This document shows positions 16,486-23,900 of a stretch of 32,000 bases of DNA, piece by piece. Every line of letters starts with the position of its first letter. Positions within the stretch are counted from its first letter, which is position 1. Source of the stretch: Candidatus Thalassarchaeaceae archaeon. Lineage in GTDB: Archaea > Thermoplasmatota > Poseidoniia > Poseidoniales > Thalassarchaeaceae. The notes under the pieces are model-generated. The model searched no databases, was not told where the DNA came from, and was given only the letters and a program-made list of their open reading frames with translations. Made by a program: the position numbers and the translations under genes. The stretch lies in assembly GCA_045568075.1 (NCBI GenBank), contig JBJLBP010000001.1, positions 1,140,001 through 1,172,000 of the forward strand. The letters run 5' to 3'.

Positions 16486-17460
16486 TTAGCGGCGATTTGT
16501 CCAAGGCATGATTATGCTCTTGGCAATGTGCCATGCGACGTCGGGGTTTTCGCGCAGTCGTCGCATGCTGTACTCATACCAGCGGCTCCCGTATGGGATG
16601 TAAACGCGGGTCAGGTGACCTTCGGATGCGAGTCTACGTCGGATGTTTCCGCGGACGCCGAGGAGCATTTGGAATTCATATCCGGGGCCCTTTCCTTTGC
16701 GTAGCGAGCTCCCTCCTTCTCCCGATTCGTTATTGAATGGGCCCATCCCTCTCTCGCTCAGGGCTGCCAATGAATGATTGATTACAGGCATATCGTGGGA
16801 TGCGATTGCTGTATACGAACCGGCGTCGAGTAATTGGTCAATCGCTCGGTTCGTCGCCTCAACAATCTGATGGTAGCCGGTATGTGCAATGTCCTCCGAT
16901 TCTAGGTAAATTCCCTTACAGATACGCACATCAGAGGCGTTAGCCAATTTTTCTGATAAGCTTGCGATATCCTCCCCGGTGCGGAATAATCTGGCTTGCA
17001 AAACAGTCCCGATATTGGTTAGCCCTCTCTCGTGCATGGCGGTAACGAGGTCTATGGTGGGTTGAGTGACTCTGTGATCTTCCATGTCGAGGCGAACGAA
17101 GATATCGTTCTCAGCGGCTTTCCTAGTAATACTCTCAATATTTTCAACGGCTGCTGATTGATCGATGAGCAATCCGAAAGCCGTTGGTTTCAACGAGATA
17201 TTTGCGTCCAACCCTTCTGCAACTATAGCATCTAATACTCGCGCGTATTCTTGAACGAAGAAATCTGCTTCAGCCAGTGTCGTGATTTCTTCGCCAAGTA
17301 CATCGACGGTGAAGCATGCTCCCTGTGCGCTAATTTGACGCATTACGTCTAGTGCATTTTCGAGATCAGGACCGGCGACATAGCGGTTGGCGACCCATCG
17401 GATGATGAATTTCGGAGTGATGGGCATCATCAGCATGATGACACGGCCGAAGACGCCCAT
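16486..17460 (-). CDS. Proline dehydrogenase (monofunctional PRODH)
   Basis: Motifs present: NISLKPTAFG, VRLDMEDH, GTVLQARLFRT, VRICKGIY, ASHD, EFQMLLGV and RVYIPYGSRWYEYSMRRLRENP. The start is taken at ATG 17460 (MGVFGRV...) with AGGTCA just upstream. The ORF-track extension to 17574 overlaps dtdA. Confidence 0.9.
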   Translation of the reverse strand: MGVFGRVIMLMMPITPKFIIRWVANRYVAGPDLENALDVMRQISAQGACFTVDVLGEEITTLAEADFFVQEYARVLDAIVAEGLDANISLKPTAFGLLIDQSAAVENIESITRKAAENDIFVRLDMEDHRVTQPTIDLVTAMHERGLTNIGTVLQARLFRTGEDIASLSEKLANASDVRICKGIYLESEDIAHTGYHQIVEATNRAIDQLLDAGSYTAIASHDMPVINHSLAALSERGMGPFNNESGEGGSSLRKGKGPGYEFQMLLGVRGNIRRRLASEGHLTRVYIPYGSRWYEYSMRRLRENPDVAWHIAKSIIMPWTNRR

Positions 17461-17495
17461 GTTGACCTGCGGTGACGGGAGCACTTTCACGGTTG

Positions 17496-18428
17496 CTAAG
17501 AGATGAAATCGCGTCCGCGGCGAACTTCGACTCCTAGACTGGCTAATTCTTCGGCGATTGCAGTGCGCTGCCAACCCTTGAACGACTTGCGATCCAGATG
17601 AGCGAATACCCTCCCTCCAGGGAATGCTTGACGCGTTTTCTCAACCGCCTCGCACAGACTATGCCTCCAAGGTCCCGTGGGTTCTTCATCCGTCTTTTCG
17701 TCGAAAACCAGAGCGTAATTTGCTAGTAGGTGGCCGAATGGTAGGCCGCTGCGGATTATGACATCACTATGTCGTGGTGCATAATGGCCACCTCCGAACC
17801 CAATCATCACCTCTCCTTCACCTCGCCACTCGCCCTCAGGGGTTGTCGATTCTAATCCTAGGACACGGGATATCACTCGTGCCCAGAGAGTCGAGGCGTC
17901 GGTTCGCCTCCATTCAGATTCCTTCGAACCGATTTCGAGGTAGAGTGTCGGAGCCGTCAGCACCGGGCCGTGGTGAGTGGTCTCAAGGCTGACATCAAAT
18001 TCCTCCGCGAGAGGAGATGCTTCAGTTTCTTCGCGGAGGGCTCTGTAGATTGATGCGAAGCGAGGGGAAGGAGGTACTGCTGTTCCCTTCATCCCTCCAG
18101 CAAACCCCACTTCACCATGAGGAATTTCGCCAGGAACTCCGATGGCATGGACGGTCAGAGAAGGTATGCCGCTCTTCGCTGCATGGCGAGAAAGTACGAG
18201 CACTTCGTCGACTGTTTGACCGATCGCCTTGGCGTGTATCGCGTCGATATGATCGGCGTGGATATGCAATTGGTCAATGATTAGAAGATGGACTTCGCGA
18301 TTCAAATGGCGCCGGAGAACACCGTGTTCGAGTACCTCCTCGGAAGACCAGACGTCTAATTCGGAGACCGCGTCATGAAGGTTAACCGAGGCGCTGTCTG
18401 CCGACGAGGCGAGCAGCAGGGTGAGCAT
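17496..18428 (-). CDS. dtdA: D-aminoacyl-tRNA deacylase, archaeal type (DtdA)
   Basis: 310-aa ORF with SRHAAKSGIPSLTVHAIG, ETTHHGP, LEIGSKESEW, GFGGGHYAPRH and FGHLLANYA. These match the conserved blocks of archaeal DtdA as I recall them from the Pyrococcus protein. Confidence 0.88.
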   Translation of the reverse strand: MLTLLLASSADSASVNLHDAVSELDVWSSEEVLEHGVLRRHLNREVHLLIIDQLHIHADHIDAIHAKAIGQTVDEVLVLSRHAAKSGIPSLTVHAIGVPGEIPHGEVGFAGGMKGTAVPPSPRFASIYRALREETEASPLAEEFDVSLETTHHGPVLTAPTLYLEIGSKESEWRRTDASTLWARVISRVLGLESTTPEGEWRGEGEVMIGFGGGHYAPRHSDVIIRSGLPFGHLLANYALVFDEKTDEEPTGPWRHSLCEAVEKTRQAFPGGRVFAHLDRKSFKGWQRTAIAEELASLGVEVRRGRDFIS

Positions 18429-19431
18429 GTTCGACGCTGCGAGCCTCGCGCCTTCAATTCATCCGAAGTCGAGGCCAAAGGCTCGACCTTCGACACCACA
18501 GGTTCAAACACCGGAGCGAGCAGGTGGAGATGTGCAGAGAATCATTCCGTTCACACCTGCTCGAGTCGATAACTCCGATGACAATCACATCATCGTCGGA
18601 ACCCTCGGTGAATTAGCTAAAATTAGTGCCGAGGGGGAACTAGCAAGCAAAGTCTCGACACCTTTCCCATCAGGTATCTCCTGCTCGACCGCATTCGAAG
18701 GGGCTTGGTTGGGAATATGGGTCGAGCCAGAGATGAGGCTGGCAAGGATGGCCAGCCTCGATATCGAAGCAGATTGGCAAGACGGCGCGACCCGAAGTGC
18801 CTTACGAACCTCGGATGATTCTACGTTAGTACACCCAGCTGAAGCCATTTGGTCGCGCGCGCTCGATGCAGAACCAACTGCAGTCTGCCAGGTCGAAGGT
18901 GGGTTCTGCTTCGCTCTGCGCAGTCGCGGAGTCTACCGAATGGATATCGAAGCGAAGGAAATCTGGCGTGCCAGTATGCCGAGTGTAATCGATGGAAAAA
19001 GACGGGGACAAGAAACTGCAATCTCGATGTCAGTTTCGGAAGAAATCCTCCGAATCTGGTTCGATAATGGACTCGTGGTTGATCTGTCGATGGAAGATGG
19101 TATCGAGCTCGACAGGAGAAATCTTCGAGTAGGCGAGCGAATTGAAGCAGTATTCCACTCAAAGAATGAACATCTGCTCGCCCTCTCAACAGGCGGAATC
19201 GTCAGAACTGATTCAGAAGAGATTCTCGAATCCCATCCGACATCTGGACCTGTGATGGCAGCTCGGTATCAGGACGGAGCCTGGGAATTTACCGGATGGA
19301 GACTCGATGGACGCCTCTCAGAGGGAATACTCGAAATTTCGAAGCGATCAGAAATCGGAGTGGGATTCGTAGGCCAGCGAGTACTGACCAATGACGGCAC
19401 GCTGGCCGATTTCCCATTCACTCGTTCTTGA
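18421..19431 (+). CDS. Hypothetical protein, beta-rich repeats (possible small propeller)
   Basis: 336-aa ORF with no recognisable motif. Short repeats with a beta-strand character include GFCFALRSRGVYRMD, ILRIWFDNGLVVDL, HLLALSTGGIVRTD, GAWEFTGWRLDGRL and VGFVGQRVLTNDG. The first 37 aa are P/S/K-rich low complexity, and GTG 18532 is an alternative start. Confidence 0.55.
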   Translation: MSMFDAASLAPSIHPKSRPKARPSTPQVQTPERAGGDVQRIIPFTPARVDNSDDNHIIVGTLGELAKISAEGELASKVSTPFPSGISCSTAFEGAWLGIWVEPEMRLARMASLDIEADWQDGATRSALRTSDDSTLVHPAEAIWSRALDAEPTAVCQVEGGFCFALRSRGVYRMDIEAKEIWRASMPSVIDGKRRGQETAISMSVSEEILRIWFDNGLVVDLSMEDGIELDRRNLRVGERIEAVFHSKNEHLLALSTGGIVRTDSEEILESHPTSGPVMAARYQDGAWEFTGWRLDGRLSEGILEISKRSEIGVGFVGQRVLTNDGTLADFPFTRS

Positions 19432-19585
19432 CAGTGTGGCCGCACTTGCCGCAGGTTTTGCGGTCACTGTGGATACCGAGGAAGACACCGGGTCCACAGG
19501 TTGGGCAGGTCTCACCGCGGACGAGTTCTTCGCCCTCGATTGTGTACTTTGACCACTTCGCATTAGCGTTAGGATTGTCTGACAT
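19418..19585 (-). CDS. rps27ae: 30S ribosomal protein S27ae (eS31)
   Basis: Not in the ORF track (55 aa). Translation: MSDNPNANAKWSKYTIEGEELVRGETCPTCGPGVFLGIHSDRKTCGKCGHTVKNE. This is the C4 zinc ribbon CPxCGxGVF...H.DR..CGKCG typical of eS31. Its ATG overlaps the rps24e stop (TGATG). Confidence 0.9.
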   Translation of the reverse strand: MSDNPNANAKWSKYTIEGEELVRGETCPTCGPGVFLGIHSDRKTCGKCGHTVKNE

Positions 19586-19887
19586 CACTCATCGCCTCCT
19601 TCTGACTTAGGGTTGAGCTTCGCGTGCCTCTTGTGCACATACTCCGGCTCTAGGGTAGCGGCTTCTGAATCGCCGTAAATCAGAGCAATTCCAGTTGTCT
19701 GTGGGCGACCGTAGCGGGTGCTGACGTCCTTGACGAAAGTCAATTCCTTCTTCGAACCCGGCTCGGCCTTGGCTGCAGCAGCAACCATCTCTGCGAGTGT
19801 CGGTGTGGATTCGGTCGAATGCTCCCAGCGGAAGCGGAGCTCGACACGGTTCAGCAATGGATTTTCTTTTCTCTCGATTATCTCCAT
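19585..19887 (-). CDS. rps24e: 30S ribosomal protein S24e (eS24)
   Basis: 100-aa ORF reading MEIIERKENPLLNRVELRFRWEHSTESTPTLAEM...GRPQTTGIALIYGDSEAA. A GGAGG Shine-Dalgarno sequence lies 8 nt upstream of the ATG. Confidence 0.93.
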   Translation of the reverse strand: MEIIERKENPLLNRVELRFRWEHSTESTPTLAEMVAAAAKAEPGSKKELTFVKDVSTRYGRPQTTGIALIYGDSEAATLEPEYVHKRHAKLNPKSEGGDE

Positions 19888-19900
19888 ACAAATTCCTCCT

Positions 19901-20125
19901 TCAGCGGATATTTACCTTCAGCGCGTATGATCCAGGGTCGTCAATGTTCAGTCGCTGTGCGACCTCGGATCTTTTTGGGTGCAGGATTACCACATATCCA
20001 GACCAGTCAGTTGTTACTGGGGCGGATGGGCAATGCATGCACTGGACAGGGTCGTTCTTTTTCTCTGGGTCAGGCAGAATCCTGTTGCACTCACCGCAGG
20101 CGAAGGGCTTCTTTGCCATCTTCAA
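19901..20125 (-). CDS. spt4: Transcription elongation factor Spt4 (RpoE'')
   Basis: 74-aa ORF with a zinc ribbon CGECN...CMHC followed by TTDWSGYVVILHPKRSEVAQRLNIDDPGSYALKV. Its start overlaps the rpoE' stop (ATGA). Confidence 0.9.
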   Translation of the reverse strand: MKMAKKPFACGECNRILPDPEKKNDPVQCMHCPSAPVTTDWSGYVVILHPKRSEVAQRLNIDDPGSYALKVNIR

Positions 20126-20670
20126 TCACCTCGAGTCAACCAATCGTGAGCGCCCAATCCTGACATCTTGCAGTTTAGACCAATCTTGCTTGAACGAGGG
20201 TCGTTCTGGTTGATCGCCTTTGAGACGATGCGAGATCGGACGAAGGAACCCTCTTCGATGTGCTTTCCAGACTGGGATCCTTCGATACGACGAATTCCCA
20301 TGTTGACTTGAATAGGTTCGTCGAGAATCTGCGACTTGTGAAGCAGAGCCTCGATTGGACCGATACGCACGAAGGCACCGTACTCGGAGATTTCTGACAC
20401 GGCACCATCGACTACTTCGTTGGCTTCCATGGTGAAGTGGAGCGCCTTGAAGCGGACTCGCTGATAGATCGCTCCATCTCCGTGAATTATCTTACCGCGG
20501 CCAACAGTCTCATGGTTGAAAGTCAGTAAGGTGTAATTCTCATCTTCATCGAATCGACCCTCGAAAGCGGCGTGAGCCAACTCATCGATATGGTCCTCGA
20601 GCTTTCGGTCCTTGCGGATATATTCCGCAGGGATACGGATGGTGTCTTCCATGGTCACAAGACTGTACAT
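20122..20670 (-). CDS. rpoE: DNA-directed RNA polymerase subunit E' (Rpo7)
   Basis: 182-aa ORF with the N-terminal Rpo7 fold sequence (MYSLVTMEDTIRIPAEYI...) and an S1 domain (VVDGAVSEISEYGAFVRIGPIEALLHKSQI). A GGAGG sequence lies 10 nt upstream of the ATG. Confidence 0.93.
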   Translation of the reverse strand: MYSLVTMEDTIRIPAEYIRKDRKLEDHIDELAHAAFEGRFDEDENYTLLTFNHETVGRGKIIHGDGAIYQRVRFKALHFTMEANEVVDGAVSEISEYGAFVRIGPIEALLHKSQILDEPIQVNMGIRRIEGSQSGKHIEEGSFVRSRIVSKAINQNDPRSSKIGLNCKMSGLGAHDWLTRGD

Positions 20671-20690
20671 TTCCTTTTCCTCCAGTTGCC

Positions 20691-20770
20691 GGACCGCTCC
20701 GAGTTCAGTCGGAGGAAAGGCAGGTTAACCCTCCCGTCCCTCATCGGCTGTGCCTCAAGAGGAGAGGTCC
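20691..20770 (-). promoter_or_regulatory. Candidate structured 5' leader RNA of the rpoE'-spt4-rps24e-rps27ae operon
   Basis: The segment is GC-rich and non-coding. On the minus strand, GGACCUCUCC (20770-20761) pairs 9/10 with GGAGCGGUCC (20700-20691). This helix encloses a long hairpin, GAGGGACGGGAGGG-UUAA-CCUGCCUUUCCUCC (20742-20711), with 11 of 14 pairs. Three of those are G-U pairs that would be A-C mismatches on the plus strand. A TATA-like CTTATAC (minus strand, ~20797-20803) sits ~25 nt upstream of the helix. Confidence 0.35.
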
Positions 20771-20857
20771 GTGCGAACCGCCGACCTGCGCCCCTCGTAT
20801 AAGCGCAACGGATGAGGCTACGCCTCTGTAAATAGGTCGGCAATAGTGAAAGTCTAC

Positions 20858-20874
20858 TCAGACCGTAGGTCTGA
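20858..20874. promoter_or_regulatory. Perfect 7-bp-arm palindrome TCAGACC-GTA-GGTCTGA upstream of the second giant gene
   Basis: Read directly from the sequence. It lies 55 nt upstream of ATG 20929 and abuts an A/T-rich TGATAGTAT element (20874-20882). Confidence 0.5.
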
Positions 20875-20928
20875 TTGATAGTATGGCCCGAACGTTCAAG
20901 TGGCTCGGAAAGGGCAACTTCGCCTCTG

Positions 20929-23900
20929 ATGAGCATGCGGTCTGCTGATTTTGGAAGATTCGGCGAGCAAAAAGCAGTGCTTGCCGTTGCCTGCTTGTTG
21001 CTGTTATCCATCTCGCCAATGATACATGATTCCGAGAAAGATAGCGAATCTTTGACTCAATTCGATGATTCTCAGGCGTTCGCCGGAATAATCGAACCTT
21101 GGTCGGATGGAGATCAACCCTGGCCTCAACCTGGACGCCTCGCACAGAGGACCTCGGTCGGACCTGCTCACGCACCTGATGGAGGAGCTGGAAGCGGCGC
21201 TCCTACCGATGCTGCCGAACTAGCATCGGTTGTCGACCCCGTTGTGAATTGGGTCTACGGGTCGTACTCCATCGGGACTGATGCACTCGGCACTCCAGTG
21301 GCTGACCTCAGCGGACAAATCGATACAGAGGAGGCCGCGGCCGGTCGCTGCGGTGGAGATTCTCTCTTCACGATCATCATTCAGACGGTTGTTGTAGGTG
21401 GTAACGACCACAGTGTGATGCGGATTGTCGAGGGCGAAGATGCGGATCTTGCTTGGGAGGTCGATTTGGGAGCTACTGAGATTGTCAAGGCATCTCCTGT
21501 CGTTGTCGACCTCGATGATGATGGAAGTCAGGAGGTCATCGTCGTTTACGATGCAGGTGGAACGATGTATGTCGATGCTTACTCCCCTCAATTGCAATGC
21601 TCGGTGACCGGTTGGTCTTCTGGCGGTTCAAAGAGCGGAGAATTGCTCTGGACTTACAGTGATGATTCTCTGCGAATTAGCAGTGCAGAGGGGCCTTACA
21701 CCTCATCTTTGTTCGGCGGCCATAATCCTACCACTCAGCCACTACTGGCGGACTTAGACCTAGATGGAGATGCCGAATTGGTTTTGGCGGCCATCGATGA
21801 GATTAGCGATGACCCAGTCATCGTTGCACTCCCTATTGCTGCGAATGGAGCTCCAACTCCCATTTGGGAGTCGACTCTGCAAGATGGAAGTCATCCTTCA
21901 GATCCAGCATTTGCACAGGTCGATGATGAGACTGGCTACGTTCTGTTGACTACTACTCAGGCTTCTAGTGGGGCAATGTGGGTTTGGAAATTAGACTCGG
22001 AAACCGGCGATCAGAAATGGGGCGGCCTGAGTCTGTCAAATCTAGACGGGGATTCAGATGTCCCGCACATTCGCTTACCTGGCCCTGTTGTAGCTAATCT
22101 CGATTCGGATAGCACTCCCGAGATGATCATCACCATTCCAACCGATGCGGATGGTTCGAGTTCTGTCGATGGAGCCGAGTACCGCGGCCTCGAAATTGAC
22201 GATGGCAGTGAAATTTGGTCATTCGAGGCAGTCAATGGCTACGCCGATGCCCCTCCTCTTGCTGTTGATACTGATGACGATGATGTGATCGATAGAGTCT
22301 GCTGGGTATCGTGGTATCAAGAGACGACAGCAAGACACGGGCATGCTGGGTGTCACGACGTCTCTGGGAACAACCCTCAGCTAGATTGGCACCACGACCT
22401 TGAGCAATCGAGCGGCGCGCCGAACGATGAGATTGCTGTGGCGCAACCTGTCTGGATGGATATCGATGGAAATGGTGCACCCGAGTTGCTCGTTGCATAT
22501 GGGCGTACACTGTGGGCTTGGGACGGCGATACCGGGACTCAAGCGGCAATTAATGACAATTGGAACGACGAGGTCGAGGTCGACCATCGAACTTGGTCTT
22601 CACCTGCTCTGGCAGATATCGATGGCGATGCGACCCTCGACATTATTCTCGGCGATACTGTCATCTCGACTGCAGTTGCAGATGTCAGACCACTTCTTGA
22701 CGGGCGCGCGATTGAATTCAATCCAAGCGCGCCCAACCCTGGCGAGGAAGTGACGGTAACCGCCTTCTTTGAGAATGCGGGAACGGTGGAAGTCGACCGA
22801 GCCGTAGATGCGATTCTCTATGCTGACGGCATCGAAATTGCCCGCCACCGAGCAGATACACTCGAGCCGACCGACCCTACGGGTTCTGCAGGCTTCGAAT
22901 CATTCTCAGTCGATTGGTCAGGAGCACTTGGAGTGCACGAATTTGAACTCGTGCTCGATCCATACCAGAATGTTACTCAATCGCGCTACGATAATGACGG
23001 GCAGGAAACGACCCTGAAAATTGTTCCACCATACAATGCAACATTCGAAATGCCGACGAATCCAGTCAGAGTCAACCCCGGTGATTCTACTCTGAGTCAG
23101 CCGACCGTTCGTTCGACGGGACGGCTGGCCGGCATCTGGAGTCTCAGCGTAGATGCATCCTCACTACCTCAAGGCTGGACTTGGAGCGATCAGACCCCCG
23201 GAGGAATAACATCCATCGAGATAGGAACGGATGCAACATGGATGCCCTCTCTGTGGATTCATGCGCCAGCTAGCGCAGCCGGCTCAGACGCAGGCTACCT
23301 ATCTCTAACCATGACACTTGACGAAGACACAAACGTCAGCGTAACAGGATTACTACCCGTTGAAGCAAATCGAACAAGGGGTCTGTCAATCAGAGGGCCA
23401 TCAGGCACCACAGCCAGCACAGGCTACGGTTTGGTAGGAGACTCAGCAAAGGCTTGGCTCGTCGTCGAAAATCTAGGCAATGCCGATGAGAACTCGATTT
23501 CGATGTTCTGGGACAGTACCGCTTGGGATTCGGCCGAGAATAGTCTCACACTTTACGACGAAGATGGAAATGAAATTCCGGCCCTACGTCTCGATGCAGG
23601 TGAGCAACGGATTGTCACAGCAAGGCTCGGAGTACCCTCCGATGCGAACCTTGCTGATAGCGTCTCGACTCCTCTGACCATGTGCGTAGGAAGTGGAGAT
23701 GAGGAGACCTGTCAAACCGTGCAACTCGAATTCATTGCATCAGGAACCATCACCGAAACCTCTCATCAGTTGAGTATGCCGGAGAGCACACTCGAATGGA
23801 CAGTTACCGCTGATCTTCCAGCCTCAACTGGAGTTCTCGATTGGAAGATATCAGAGGCTGGCATGGGTATCGAAAATTGGCTCTGGTCTGCATCTGGAGC

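Noticed and set aside
17461-17574. Extended start of the proline dehydrogenase ORF (to 17574)
   Set aside because: The extension overlaps the 3' end of dtdA by 79 nt and encodes R/S-rich sequence. ATG 17460 has an SD-like AGGTCA and begins the conserved region.
20709-20735. GAGGAAAG...GCAGG..UAAC on the plus strand resembles RNase P RNA conserved region I (GAGGAAAGUCC)
   Set aside because: The motif differs at the following positions (GGC instead of UCC). No ACAGAA/GGCUUA (CR-V) partner for a P4 helix is present, and only ~250 nt are available. The G-U pattern also favours the opposite strand.
20671-20860. Looked for a tRNA (with or without intron) or an SRP RNA in the GC-rich spacer
   Set aside because: I found no acceptor/T-arm (GTTCRANNC) geometry and no helix-8 GGAA/AGCA type motifs on either strand.
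20809-20873. Possible plus-strand box C/D sRNA (GGATGAG ... TAGTGA ... CTGA)
   Set aside because: The C and C' boxes are degenerate, the D' box would be CTGT, and the guide spacing (about 20 nt before the D box) is not the canonical ~12 nt.
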